NCBI GenBank assembly: GCA_963806225.1
Contig: CAWDXG010000004.1
Location: 4,224,001 to 4,288,000, forward strand
DNA length: 64,000 nt
DNA from: an uncultured delta proteobacterium
Lineage (GTDB): Bacteria; Myxococcota_A; Polyangia; Polyangiales; Polyangiaceae
Reading direction: 5' to 3'
Every line of letters begins with the position of its first letter. The first letter of the stretch is position 1. The translations under genes were made by a program, and so were the position numbers. Of the stretch, positions 13,041 to 23,042 are shown one piece after another. The notes beneath the pieces were generated by a model. The model ran no database searches, was not told the DNA's origin, and worked only from the letters and a program-made list of their open reading frames with translations.

Positions 13041-15404
13041 GTGCGGATCGATCCGGCGCTCGTCATGGCCGCCGCGCTGCTCGGCGGCGCCGCGTGTGCC
13101 GTCGCGCCGCTGCCGGCCGTCATGGCGGCGGCGGCGCTGGCGCTCCTGTTGCGTCCGCGGCTCGGTCCGGCGGCGCTGCTCGTCTCGGCCGCCGCGTTCG
13201 GGCTCGGCGCGTGGAGGGCGGAGCGCGCGGTGTCGCGCTTCGAGGCTCGGCGCGTCGAGGTGCGCGACGAGCTTGGCCCGCCCGCGCGCTGCGCGGGTCG
13301 CGGCGTGGTGGCCACCTCCCCGGTCTGGGCGCACGACGCCATCGGCTACCTTGCCGACTTCCGCGGGCTCGACTGCGAAGGGCGGAAGATCCCCGGCCCT
13401 GTCCGCGCGCGCCTCTACGGTGGTCCGCAGCATCTGGGCCGCGGCGACGTGGTGGAGATCGTCGCGCAGCTCGCGCCGGTGCGGCTCTTCCACGACCAGG
13501 GTCTGCCCGACCCCACGCCGCGCGCCGCGCGCCAGGGCTCGCTCCTGAGCGGCATGGTGCTCTCGCTTTCGGTGATCCACCGCGGTAGCGGCTGGCGCCG
13601 CATCATCGACACCGCTCGCGCGCACGCGCGCCGTCGCATCGACGCTACCTTCGCTCCGGCCGCCGCGCCCATGGCCCGCGCGTTGGTGCTCGGCGAAAAC
13701 GACCTGGATCCCCGCGACGACGAGGCGTTCAGGAAGAGCGGGCTCGCGCACATGCTGGCCGTCAGCGGCACCCACCTGGTGTTCGCGGTGGTGGCGCTGG
13801 TGGCGGTGTTCGGCTTCGTGTTGGTGCGCTTCGAGCGGCTCGCCGCGCGCATCGAAGTGGCGCGGCTGGCCGCCGCTGCCGGCGTGCTGCTGGCGCTCGT
13901 GTATGCGGACTTTGCCGGCGGCAGTGGCTCGGCCTGGCGGGCGGCGTGGATGCTCGCCGCGGCCTTCACGGCGCGCGCTCTGGGGCGGCGTGCGCGCGCG
14001 GGCCGCGTGCTGGCCGCGTCGCTCTTGATCGGCGCTCTTTCCGATCCGCTGGCCGCGTTCGACATCTCGTTCCTGCTCTCTGCTGCGGCGACCGTCGGGC
14101 TCATCGTCATCGGCCAGCCGCTCGCGGCGCGCTGCATGCGCCTGCAGTTCAAGCCGCTGCGCTACCTGGCGCTGAGCGCAGCAGCGACGAGCTCGGCCAT
14201 GCTGCCCTGCGCGCCGCTCCTGGCGCTCATCTCGCCGACGCTCACCGCAGCCGGCATCGCGGCCAATGTAGTGGCAGCGCCCTTCGGCGAGGCCGCGGCG
14301 CTGCCGCTGTGTCTCGCCCACGCCGTGCTCTCGCCCTTTCCCGTGCTCGAGCGCGGCACAGCGCTGGTCGCTTCCGGCGCGCTGCTGGTCGTCAAACGCG
14401 TGGCGCACCTGAGCGCCGACGCGCGCTGGCTCGCGTTCCACGTGCCGCCGCCCGACGCGTGGCAGCTCGCCGTGCTGGTCGTCGGCGGCGTCGCTGTGGC
14501 GCTCGGCGGGCGCTTCCGCGGACTGTGGGCGCTCTCCATGGCGGCCGCGCTTCTCGTCCTGGAGCTTGCGATTCGCCGCGCCGGCCGCCCGCTCGGCGAG
14601 CTGCGCGTCACGGCCGTCGACGTGGGGCAGGGCGACTGCACGCTGGTCGACCTGCCCGATGGCCAGCTGATGCTCGTCGACGGCGGAGGCTTCGTCGGCA
14701 GCCCGGTGGACCCCGGGAAGTCGGTGATCCTGCCGCTGCTCCGCGCGCGCCGCCGATCGCGCGTGGACATCGTCGTGCTCACGCACCCGCACCCCGATCA
14801 CTTCACGGGTCTGGCCAGCGCGCTGCCCGAGCTCGCCGTCGGGCAGTTCTGGGACGACGGGCAGGGTCAGGACGAGGGCGCGGGTGCGACCTACGCGGGG
14901 CTCGTCGCCGGGCTCCGGCGCCGGCGTGTGCCGATCCTGCGGCCGCCCCAGCTGTGCGGGCGCGTGCTGCACTTCGGCGGCGCCACGCTGCAACCGCTCG
15001 CGCCCTGTCCCGACTACACGCCCCACATCGGAGCCAACAACAACTCCATCGTGCTCCGCATCGCCTACGGCCGCCGCGCGGTGATGCTGATGGGCGACGC
15101 CGAGGCGCCCGAAGAAGCGAAGATCCTCGCGAAGCACCCCCGCGGCCTGCGCGCGGATCTGCTGAAGGTCGGCCACCACGGCAGCCGCACGTCGAGCACG
15201 CCCGCGTTGCTCCGCGCCGTCCGCCCCGCGCTCGCCAGCATCAGCTCGGGCGTGCGCAACCGCTACGGGCATCCGCACGGCGTCACCCTCGAGAAGCTCG
15301 CCGCCGCGCACATCCGCGCGCTCCGCCTCGACCGCGTCGGCTCCGTCACCTTCGAGACCGACGGCAGCACGCTCGGCGCCCGCACCTTCAGCGCGCCGCA
15401 CTGA
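13041..15404 (+). CDS. comEC: ComEC/Rec2 competence protein
   Basis: GLAHMLAVSGTH, TM core, DVGQGD, THPHPDH and KVGHHGS beta-lactamase-fold motifs, NRYGHPH. Confidence 0.92.
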   Translation: MRIDPALVMAAALLGGAACAVAPLPAVMAAAALALLLRPRLGPAALLVSAAAFGLGAWRAERAVSRFEARRVEVRDELGPPARCAGRGVVATSPVWAHDAIGYLADFRGLDCEGRKIPGPVRARLYGGPQHLGRGDVVEIVAQLAPVRLFHDQGLPDPTPRAARQGSLLSGMVLSLSVIHRGSGWRRIIDTARAHARRRIDATFAPAAAPMARALVLGENDLDPRDDEAFRKSGLAHMLAVSGTHLVFAVVALVAVFGFVLVRFERLAARIEVARLAAAAGVLLALVYADFAGGSGSAWRAAWMLAAAFTARALGRRARAGRVLAASLLIGALSDPLAAFDISFLLSAAATVGLIVIGQPLAARCMRLQFKPLRYLALSAAATSSAMLPCAPLLALISPTLTAAGIAANVVAAPFGEAAALPLCLAHAVLSPFPVLERGTALVASGALLVVKRVAHLSADARWLAFHVPPPDAWQLAVLVVGGVAVALGGRFRGLWALSMAAALLVLELAIRRAGRPLGELRVTAVDVGQGDCTLVDLPDGQLMLVDGGGFVGSPVDPGKSVILPLLRARRRSRVDIVVLTHPHPDHFTGLASALPELAVGQFWDDGQGQDEGAGATYAGLVAGLRRRRVPILRPPQLCGRVLHFGGATLQPLAPCPDYTPHIGANNNSIVLRIAYGRRAVMLMGDAEAPEEAKILAKHPRGLRADLLKVGHHGSRTSSTPALLRAVRPALASISSGVRNRYGHPHGVTLEKLAAAHIRALRLDRVGSVTFETDGSTLGARTFSAPH

Positions 15405-15473
15405 GCGGCGTTTTCCGGCCACGGCGGCGCTCTGCATTGACCCCCGCCGCGCGCACCGCTACCGGCGTTCGCC

Positions 15474-16010
15474 ATGAACGCATCGCCCAAGGACCGGATC
15501 CGCACGCTCATCAGCTCCGAGCAGATCCAGCAGCGCGTCAAGGAACTCGGGGCGGAGATCACCCGCGATTACGACGGCCGCTCGCTAGTGCTGATCTGCG
15601 TGCTCAAGGGCAGCTTCGTGTTCGCGGCGGATCTGGCGCGCTCCATCGACCTGCCACTCCGGATCGAGTTTCTCGGCGTGCGGAGCTACGGCGACGACAC
15701 CGAGTCAAGCGGCGTCGTGCAGATCACGCAGGACCTGACCAAGCCCGTCGACGGCGAGGACATCCTGGTCGTCGAGGACATCGTCGACACAGGCCTGACG
15801 CTGCACTACCTCACCGACCTGCTCGAGGCGCGCCACCCCGCGAGCGTCAAGGTGTGCTCGCTCTTGCACAAGCCGAGCCGCAAGAAGATGGATGTGGGCA
15901 TCGACTACCTCGGCTTCACCGTCGAAGACGTGTTTGTCGTGGGCTACGGCCTGGACTGGGCCCAGCGCTACCGCAACCTGCCCATGATCGGCGTCGTCGA
16001 AGACGGCTGA
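15474..16010 (+). CDS. hpt: Hypoxanthine phosphoribosyltransferase
   Basis: [33 protein letters not shown]. Confidence 0.95.
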   Translation: MNASPKDRIRTLISSEQIQQRVKELGAEITRDYDGRSLVLICVLKGSFVFAADLARSIDLPLRIEFLGVRSYGDDTESSGVVQITQDLTKPVDGEDILVVEDIVDTGLTLHYLTDLLEARHPASVKVCSLLHKPSRKKMDVGIDYLGFTVEDVFVVGYGLDWAQRYRNLPMIGVVEDG

Positions 16011-16016
16011 GCCGGC

Positions 16017-17216
16017 ATGGCCCCGGCCGCACTCTACGCCCGCTACACAAGCGCCCTCGGCGACGAGCCACTGCCCTGTGCGCTCGTCGATCTCGACGCG
16101 TTGGACCGGAACATCGACTCGCTGCTCGAGCCGGTGCGCGCGCACCACAAGAAGCTACGCCTTGCGACCAAGTCGGTGCGCTGCCCGGAGCTCCTGCGCC
16201 ACATCACCGAGCGCGGCGGCGACGCCATCAGCGGGCTGATGACCTACCACGCGCGCGAGACCGCGTGGCTCTTCGAAGCCGGCTACCACGATTTGCTGCT
16301 CGCCTATCCGACCGTGCAGGCGTCCGATGCCGCGCTCCTGGCCGACATCAACGCGCGCGGCGGCAGTGCCGCGGTCGTCGTCGACTGCCCGCAGCATCTC
16401 GCCCTGCTCGACAAGGCCGCGCGCGCCAAGCAGACGCGCATCCCCATCGTCGTCGAGGTCGACGTGGCGTACCGCCCGCTCGGGGCGCGCTTGCACGTGG
16501 GCGTCCGCCGCAGCCCGCTCCGCCGCGTCGACGACGTGCAGGCGCTGGTGCGCCGCGCGGAGCTGCTCCCCGGGCTCGAGATGCGCGGGCTGATGGCGTA
16601 CGAGGCGCACATCGCCGGGCTCGGCGATTCGGCGCCCGGCGCGCGGCTTTCCAACGCCGCCACGCGGCTCATGAAGACGCGCGCCCGCGCGCAGGTCGAA
16701 CAGACGCGCCGCGAGCTCGCCGACGCGATCCGCCCCGCGCTCTTCAACGGCGGCGGCAGCGGCAGCCTCGATTGGTGCAGCGCCGAGAGCGCGCTCACCG
16801 AGGTGACCGCGGGCTCGGGCTTCCTCTGCAGTCACCTGTTCGACAACTACCGCTCGCTCCAGCTCGCTCCCGCCGCGTATTTCGCACTGTCCGTCGTGCG
16901 CGCGCCGGCAGACGGCATCGTGACGTGTCACGGCGGCGGGCTCGTCGCCTCGGGCGCGGCGGGCGCGGATAGGCTGCCCATCCCGGCGCTTCCCCCGGGG
17001 CTCGAGCTGCTCCCGCTGGAAGGCGCGGGCGAGGTGCAGACGCCGCTGTCCGTTCCCGAAGGCACGTCGCTCGCCGTGGGCGATGTCGTGTTCTTCCGCC
17101 ACGCCAAGGCGGGCGAGCTGGCCGAGCATTTCAACGAATATCTGCTGGTTCGCGGCGAGCGCGTGCTGGGCCGCGCCCAGACCTATCGCGGCATGCGGCA
17201 GTGTTTTCTCGGCTGA
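16017..17216 (+). CDS. Alanine-racemase-fold PLP enzyme (D-amino acid deaminase/aldolase family)
   Basis: LRLATKSVRC, MAYEAH, NGGGSGS, EVTAGSG, GAGEVQTP, FFRHAKAGE. Confidence 0.8.
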   Translation: MAPAALYARYTSALGDEPLPCALVDLDALDRNIDSLLEPVRAHHKKLRLATKSVRCPELLRHITERGGDAISGLMTYHARETAWLFEAGYHDLLLAYPTVQASDAALLADINARGGSAAVVVDCPQHLALLDKAARAKQTRIPIVVEVDVAYRPLGARLHVGVRRSPLRRVDDVQALVRRAELLPGLEMRGLMAYEAHIAGLGDSAPGARLSNAATRLMKTRARAQVEQTRRELADAIRPALFNGGGSGSLDWCSAESALTEVTAGSGFLCSHLFDNYRSLQLAPAAYFALSVVRAPADGIVTCHGGGLVASGAAGADRLPIPALPPGLELLPLEGAGEVQTPLSVPEGTSLAVGDVVFFRHAKAGELAEHFNEYLLVRGERVLGRAQTYRGMRQCFLG

Positions 17217-17235
17217 GCGTGCTAGGAGCGCGGAC

Positions 17236-18045
17236 ATGCCCCGCCCCATCGATGTGATGACCGACGCCGCGCGCCAGGCCGCGGAGAGCCTGCGCCGCGA
17301 CTTCGGCGCGCTCGCCGGCCTGCGCGTGACGGAGAAGAAGCCCTCCGATTTCGTCAGCAGTGCCGACTTGCGTTCCGAAGCCGTGCTGCGCGAGGCGCTG
17401 TCTTCCGCCTACCCGGACCACGATCTGCTGCTGGAAGAGAGCGCTCCGAACGCCGAGCGCAGCGCCCGCCCGCGTTTCATTGTCGATCCGCTCGACGGCA
17501 CCACGAACTTCCTGCACGGCATCCCGCACTTTGCCGTCGCGATTGCGCTCGAGGTCGACGGAGCCGTGACGGCCGGCGTCGTCTACGACGTCGCCAAGGA
17601 CGAGATGTTCTCTGCGGAAGCCGGACAGGGCGCTCGCTTGAACGACGCGCCCATGAGCGTCTCCGCGCCCGGTCCGCTCGATCGCGCCGTGATCGCCACC
17701 GGCATCCCGCACCACGGTGGCCGTCACCACGCGCCGTACCTCGTGGCGCTCGAGCGCGTCATGCAACAGGTCGCCGGCATCCGCCGCTGGGGCTCCGCAG
17801 CGCTCGACTTGTGCTGGACGGCGGCGGGTCGCTACGACGCCTTCTTCGAGCTCGGCCTCGCACCGTGGGACGTCGCGGCAGGCATGCTGCTGGTGCGCGA
17901 GGCCGGCGGCAGCGTTTCGCGCGCCGATGGCAGCGACACGGCCCTCGACGCGCGCGACGTGCTCGTCTCCTCGGGCGGCGCGCTGCACGCCGAGATGGTG
18001 CGTCTCCTGGAACCGATTCACGGCGTTGCCGCCGGCCGCGTCTAG
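17236..18045 (+). CDS. suhB: Inositol monophosphatase family protein
   Basis: DPLDGTTNF, RRWGSAALDL, WDVAAG motifs. Confidence 0.85.
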   Translation: MPRPIDVMTDAARQAAESLRRDFGALAGLRVTEKKPSDFVSSADLRSEAVLREALSSAYPDHDLLLEESAPNAERSARPRFIVDPLDGTTNFLHGIPHFAVAIALEVDGAVTAGVVYDVAKDEMFSAEAGQGARLNDAPMSVSAPGPLDRAVIATGIPHHGGRHHAPYLVALERVMQQVAGIRRWGSAALDLCWTAAGRYDAFFELGLAPWDVAAGMLLVREAGGSVSRADGSDTALDARDVLVSSGGALHAEMVRLLEPIHGVAAGRV

Positions 18046-18186
18046 ACCGAAGCCTCCACGCCGCATCCCCACGGCTGGAAGTCGAGGTCTTCCATGTTGA
18101 TGGCAAGACGCTCCACGGGCCCTCCTCGTGTGGACCCACGGAGCTCTACCAGCCCACGCTGACAGTATCGCGTCAGGAGTCGCGCG

Positions 18187-18804
18187 CTACAGGCCGCACT
18201 GGCTCTTGCAGTTCGTCTGCTCGCAGGTCAACAGGTCGCCTGCCTGCTTGTTCTTGCCCGCTGTGAACGCGGTGTTGCAGGTCGTGATGCCGGTACTGGC
18301 TGCCTGGTTGGCGCACACGCAGCCGTCCCACGCCGTCAGTTTGCCGTTACACTTGTTGTCGCTCGTGCACGCCGAGCTCTCGCTCGAGCAGTGATTCTGG
18401 ACGCACGTCGTGCACGCGCTCGAGTCGATAGCGCAGGCCAATCCGGCGTCGCCCGACGCTCCTGCTCCGCCGCCGGTGCCGCCGGTCGCCGTGCCGCCGG
18501 TGCCGCCGGTCGCCGTGCCGCCGGTTCCTCCGGTGGCCGTGCCGCCGGTTCCTCCGGTAGCCGTGCCGCCGGTTCCGCCGGTTGCCGTGCCACCGGTTCC
18601 GCCGGTTGCCGTGCCACCGGTTCCGCCGGTTGCCGTTCCGCCGGTTCCGCCGGTGCCCGATCCGCCGGTGCCTCCGGTGCTGCCGCCGTCAGTGCCCGCT
18701 GCTCCGCCCGAGCTGCCGGCGGGGCTGCTGTTGCTGGACCCGCATCCCGCTGCCACGCCAAGCGCAAGCCCTGTCAGGCCCAGAACAAGAAAGAAATTTC
18801 GCAT
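18187..18804 (-). CDS. Lipoprotein with GGTGGTAT repeats and Cys-rich C-terminus
   Basis: Lipobox AAGC; tandem octapeptide linker. Confidence 0.75.
   Translation of the reverse strand: MRNFFLVLGLTGLALGVAAGCGSSNSSPAGSSGGAAGTDGGSTGGTGGSGTGGTGGTATGGTGGTATGGTGGTATGGTGGTATGGTGGTATGGTGGTATGGTGGTATGGTGGGAGASGDAGLACAIDSSACTTCVQNHCSSESSACTSDNKCNGKLTAWDGCVCANQAASTGITTCNTAFTAGKNKQAGDLLTCEQTNCKSQCGL
18470..18660 (-). repeat. 24-bp coding tandem repeat (GGTGGTAT, about 7-8 units)
   Basis: Repeated ccggttgccgtgccaccggttccg-like units. Confidence 0.85.
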
Positions 18805-19075
18805 CGTCGATCTCCAGAAAAATGGTCAAGGCGATAGCGCCGTTGGATGAGTGGGTGCCCGCCCCGTTCGTTATGGCCGTTCGCCACAGGCCGCCGGGCC
18901 GGGTACGCTGAAGGGTCCAGCTTGCCGGCACGGCGGAAAACACGACGCACCTCTGGAGCATTCCTGGGGGCTGCGGGGACGGGCGGGGCGCGCCTGCTGT
19001 GGTACCTGGTTGGGTGCGCCCGATCGGCACAAAGTGTAGCAAAATGTCACAAAGCCGTAGCGTTTTGCTACAAGT

Positions 19076-20440
19076 CTACGGCTTTTCGGGCTTTCCTGCT
19101 GCCCGGATGCGTTCGAGCCGCTCGCGGATCGACTTTTCCAGACCGTGATCCGTCGGCTCGTAGAAGCGCGTGCGGGCCAGCTCGTCGGGAAGGTACGTCT
19201 CGCCGGGGACGAAGCCCTCGTCGAAGTTGTGGGCGTACTGGTAGCCCTCGCCGTAGCCGGCTTCCTTCATCAGCTTCGTCGGCGCGTTGCGGAGCTTGTC
19301 CGGCACGGGCAGCGCGCCGCGCTTTGCGATGGCCGCACGCGCGGCGCTGAAGGCGCGGCCGACGCTGTTCGATTTCGGGCAGCTCGCCAGGTACAGGCAG
19401 GCGTGCGCGATGGGGTAGAGGCCCTCGGGCATGCCCATGCGGCGGAAGGCGGCGTCGGCGTTGACGGCGATGCCGAGCGCGCGCGGGTCGGCGTTGCCGA
19501 CGTCCTCGCTCGCGAAGATCATCAGGCGGCGCAGGATGAACAGCGGATCGTCGCCGGCTTCCAGCATGCGCATCAGCCAGTAGATGGCCGCGTCCGGATC
19601 GGAGCCGCGCATCGATTTGATGAGCGCGCTCACGACGTTGTAGTGCTCCTCGCCGCTCTTGTCGTAGAGCAGCGTGCGCTCCTCGCTGGCGCGCTCGACC
19701 AGGGCGAGATCGACGCGGCCGTCTCCTTCGATGAGCGAAACGGCGGTTTCCATCAGGCCCAAAGCGCGGCGTGCGTCGCCGCGGGCGGAGCGGGCGATGG
19801 CCTGGAGCGCGTCGTCGTCGGCTTCGAGCTGTCGCGCGCCGAGTCCGCGCTCGCTGTCGGAAAGCGCCCGGCGCAGCAGCGTGGCGAGATCGGTATCGGA
19901 GAGCGCTTCGAGCCGGAACACCTTGCAGCGCGAGAGCACAGCGGCGTTGACGGCGAAGGACGGATTTTCCGTGGTGGCGCCGATCAGCGTGACGGTGCCG
20001 TTCTCCAGGTGCGGAAGAAACGCGTCCTGCTGGCTCTTGTTGAAGCGGTGGATCTCGTCCACGAACAGAATCGTGCTCTTGCCCTGGTAGGCGCGGCGCT
20101 CCTTGGCGGCGGCGATGATCTCGCGCAGCTCGGCGACGCCGCCGAGCACGGCGCTGAAGGGCACGAACTCCGAGCGCGTGGCGTGCGAGACGACGTGGGC
20201 GAGCGTGGTCTTGCCGCTGCCGGGCGGGCCCCACAGGATCATCGAGGGGACGCGGTCGCCCTGGATTGACGAGGCCAACAGCTTGCCGGGGCCGAGCAGC
20301 GTGCTCTGGCCGACCACCTCGTCGAGCGAGCGCGGGCGCATGCGATCGGCGAGCGGCGCTGCGGGGCCGCCGAGCTTGCCCTGCCGCGCGGCGGCGGAGA
20401 GCAGCGTGGGTTGATCGGGGTGGGGCGCGCGGCGGGCCAT
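19076..20440 (-). CDS. rarA: Replication-associated recombination protein A
   Basis: PLADRMRP, GPPGSGKTT, DEIHRFNKSQQD, GATTENP, KSMRGSDPDAA, ASEDVGNADP. Confidence 0.95.
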   Translation of the reverse strand: MARRAPHPDQPTLLSAAARQGKLGGPAAPLADRMRPRSLDEVVGQSTLLGPGKLLASSIQGDRVPSMILWGPPGSGKTTLAHVVSHATRSEFVPFSAVLGGVAELREIIAAAKERRAYQGKSTILFVDEIHRFNKSQQDAFLPHLENGTVTLIGATTENPSFAVNAAVLSRCKVFRLEALSDTDLATLLRRALSDSERGLGARQLEADDDALQAIARSARGDARRALGLMETAVSLIEGDGRVDLALVERASEERTLLYDKSGEEHYNVVSALIKSMRGSDPDAAIYWLMRMLEAGDDPLFILRRLMIFASEDVGNADPRALGIAVNADAAFRRMGMPEGLYPIAHACLYLASCPKSNSVGRAFSAARAAIAKRGALPVPDKLRNAPTKLMKEAGYGEGYQYAHNFDEGFVPGETYLPDELARTRFYEPTDHGLEKSIRERLERIRAAGKPEKP

Positions 20441-20444
20441 GACG

Positions 20445-21167
20445 CTACTCTTTGCGCTCTCGTGCGCCGAAAATAGCGGTGCCGACGCGTACGATGGTGG
20501 AGCCGGCCATGACGGCGGGCTCGAGATCGTGCGTCATGCCGATGCTGAGCTCGGGCAGGCGCGCGACTCCGCCGTGGGCGTCGCGCAGGCGCACGAGCTC
20601 GTCGAAGAAGGGACGCGCGCCCGCTGGGTCGTCGGTGTGCGGCGGCACGGTCATCAGGCCGCGGAGGGCGAGCGCGGGCTCGGCGTCGAGGGCGTCGAGC
20701 ACGGTGCCGATCTCCTCCGGGGCGCAGCCGCTCTTCTGCGCCTCGCCGCCCACGTTCACTTCCACCAGGACCACGAGGCGCGCGTCGCCCGACCATCGGC
20801 GCGCTTCGGGCACGGGATGATCGGCGGCGCGGCGGCCGAGCTCGCGCGCTAGCTTTTCGGAGTGGACGGTGTGCACGGCGCTGGCGTGCTGCACGACGTG
20901 GCGGGCCTTGTTGCTCTGCAGGTGGCCGATCATGTGCCAGCGGATGTCCGGCAGATCGGCGAGGGCCTCGGCCTTGTCCGCGAGCTCCTGCACGTAGTTC
21001 TCGCCGAAGTCGCGCTGGCCGGCGGCGTACGCCTCGCGGATGAGCTCGGGGCTCTTGGTCTTGGACGCGGCGAGCAGCCGCACGCTGGAGGGATCGCGCC
21101 CCGCTTCCGTCGCCGCGCGGGCGACGCGCTCGCGCACCTGGGCGAGTCGCTCTGCCACCGTCTGCAT
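20445..21167 (-). CDS. yggS: YggS-family pyridoxal phosphate homeostasis protein
   Basis: LLAASKT, DFGENYVQE, WHMIGHLQSNK, LSIGMTHD, VRVGTAIFG. Confidence 0.93.
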   Translation of the reverse strand: MQTVAERLAQVRERVARAATEAGRDPSSVRLLAASKTKSPELIREAYAAGQRDFGENYVQELADKAEALADLPDIRWHMIGHLQSNKARHVVQHASAVHTVHSEKLARELGRRAADHPVPEARRWSGDARLVVLVEVNVGGEAQKSGCAPEEIGTVLDALDAEPALALRGLMTVPPHTDDPAGARPFFDELVRLRDAHGGVARLPELSIGMTHDLEPAVMAGSTIVRVGTAIFGARERKE

Positions 21168-21217
21168 GCGGCGGAGCCTACTACAAGGGGCCCCCGCCGG
21201 CTGGCGCGCGGACGGGT

Positions 21218-22447
21218 TCAGATGCCGTGGCGCGTGGAGCCGAGCAAGCGCCGGTAGACCTCGAGCGTGCCCTCGGCCATGCGCTCGAGGCTGAAGCCGG
21301 CGGCGCGTACGGTGCCGCGCCGGCTCAGGTCGCGGCGCTTCGAAGCACTCGAGGCGAGATCGACGACCGCCTGGGCAATCGCTTCCGGATCTTCCGGGTC
21401 GACCAGCAGCGCCGCGTTGCCGGCGATCTCCGCGGTGCTGGAGACGTTGCTCGTGATCACCGGACAGCCCGCGGCCATGGCTTCGACCACCGGGTAGCCG
21501 AAGCCTTCGGCCCGCGACACGAACAGCTGCGCCGTGGCGCCGCGATACAGCGCGGCAAGCTCGGCGTCGGGCACGTAGCCGAGCAGCAGTAGCGCGTTCT
21601 TCGCGCCCAGTCGGCGTGCGGTGCGCTCGACCTCGCGGCGCTCGTCCCTGTCGAGGCGCGCCGCCCAGGCGAGCACGACGTTGAGCCCGGGCGAGAGGCG
21701 CCGGGCGCGCTCCACTCCGGCGAGCATTCCCTCGTGGTTCTTTCGCCAGTCGGCGCCGCCGACGTAGAGCACGTAGTTCCTGTCGTCGAGGGCGTAGTGC
21801 GCTCGCACGGAGGCGTCGTGCTCGTCGGGCTCCGGCGACCAGCGCGACAGATCCACGCCGTTGTGCACGACCGTGATGCGTTCGGCGGGCACGCCCAGCA
21901 TGCTCACGAGGTCGTCCGCCGTCGTGCGGCTGACGGCGATGACGTGATCCGCCGAATGGTAGCGACGGTGATCGAGTCGCTCGCGTCCCACCCGGTAGCC
22001 GTCGCCGAGGTCGAGGTACTTGTCCGGAAAGCGCAGCGGGATCAGGTCGTGACAGGTCACCACGCGCGGGCAGGGAAGGCGGCCGAGAGGTGTGGCGTTG
22101 GGGTGTCCGCTGTGGACGAGATCGGGTTGCAGAGCCCGCACCGCGCGCGCAAGTGCCACGCGCGTGCGGTAGGCCCATGTCTTGTGCGCGTCGCGTCGCG
22201 CGCTACCGCGCGTCAAGCGCTCGATGGCGCTGCCGATGTCCTCGGTCACGTCGGCTTTGCCGGACCAGTACAGCCGCTCCAGGCCGAGCACGCGCAGGTC
22301 GTCGCTCCCGCGCGCCAGGGACGAGAGACCCCGGCCTAGATCGGCGACGTAGCGACCGATGCCACGCGTGCGCGTGTTGGTCGAGAGCACCGACAGATCG
22401 AGCAGAGCCGTGGGCAAGGGATCACTTTGCCGCGCTGGGCTTGGCAT
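21218..22447 (-). CDS. Glycosyltransferase family 4
   Basis: GIGRY, HDLIP, KNHEG, EGFGYPVVEAMAAGCPV; start uncertain. Confidence 0.88.
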   Translation of the reverse strand: MPSPARQSDPLPTALLDLSVLSTNTRTRGIGRYVADLGRGLSSLARGSDDLRVLGLERLYWSGKADVTEDIGSAIERLTRGSARRDAHKTWAYRTRVALARAVRALQPDLVHSGHPNATPLGRLPCPRVVTCHDLIPLRFPDKYLDLGDGYRVGRERLDHRRYHSADHVIAVSRTTADDLVSMLGVPAERITVVHNGVDLSRWSPEPDEHDASVRAHYALDDRNYVLYVGGADWRKNHEGMLAGVERARRLSPGLNVVLAWAARLDRDERREVERTARRLGAKNALLLLGYVPDAELAALYRGATAQLFVSRAEGFGYPVVEAMAAGCPVITSNVSSTAEIAGNAALLVDPEDPEAIAQAVVDLASSASKRRDLSRRGTVRAAGFSLERMAEGTLEVYRRLLGSTRHGI

Positions 22448-23042
22448 GCCGCTTCTTGTGCGGCGAGGCCTGCGACGTGAGGTCCACGCCGCCTTCGGGC
22501 GGTTTGGGCGTCGGCATCGTGACCTTGGGAGCCGTATCGCCCTTCTGGATCTTCACCGGCGCGCCGCGCACGATCTGGCTCTTGCCGCCCGAAGCGTGCA
22601 GCTTGCCCTCGAAGCTGTCCGTCTTGCCCTCGCGCTTTGCGATGAGCATGCCCTTGAAGGCGCCCATGTCCTGTTCCACGGGTAGCAGGCGCACGCGCAG
22701 CGTGTCGCCGTCGAGCGTGCCGCGCACGGTCATGTCCCCGAGCGGTCCGGAGGCCTTGCCGGTGACGTGTCCGTCCTTGTCGATGTCGAGCGATAGCTTC
22801 CCGAAGCCGTGCGCTGTGCCGCCCTCGTCCTTCTTCCAGGCGATCTCGGGACCGATCATCGGGTCCATGTAGTGTTTGACCGAGGCATAGGTGCCCGACC
22901 AGTGACCGGGATACCAGGGGGGTGGCGGCTTCGGCGCCGCGCTCGCCGAGGCCGACGTCGCGGTGGGTCGCGGCGTTTCCTTCTTGTGATCGCAGCCGGC
23001 AAGAGCGAGGGCGAACAGGACAACCAATGCAGCGCGTCTCAT
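22422..23042 (-). CDS. Hypothetical lipoprotein
   Basis: MRRAALVVLFALALAGC lipobox; coupled to neighbours. Confidence 0.7.
   Translation of the reverse strand: MRRAALVVLFALALAGCDHKKETPRPTATSASASAAPKPPPPWYPGHWSGTYASVKHYMDPMIGPEIAWKKDEGGTAHGFGKLSLDIDKDGHVTGKASGPLGDMTVRGTLDGDTLRVRLLPVEQDMGAFKGMLIAKREGKTDSFEGKLHASGGKSQIVRGAPVKIQKGDTAPKVTMPTPKPPEGGVDLTSQASPHKKRHAKPSAAK

Noticed and set aside
18470..18660. Tandem repeats here and at 34380-34490 as functional DNA arrays
   Set aside because: In-frame Gly/Thr/Ser linkers typical of myxobacterial lipoproteins.
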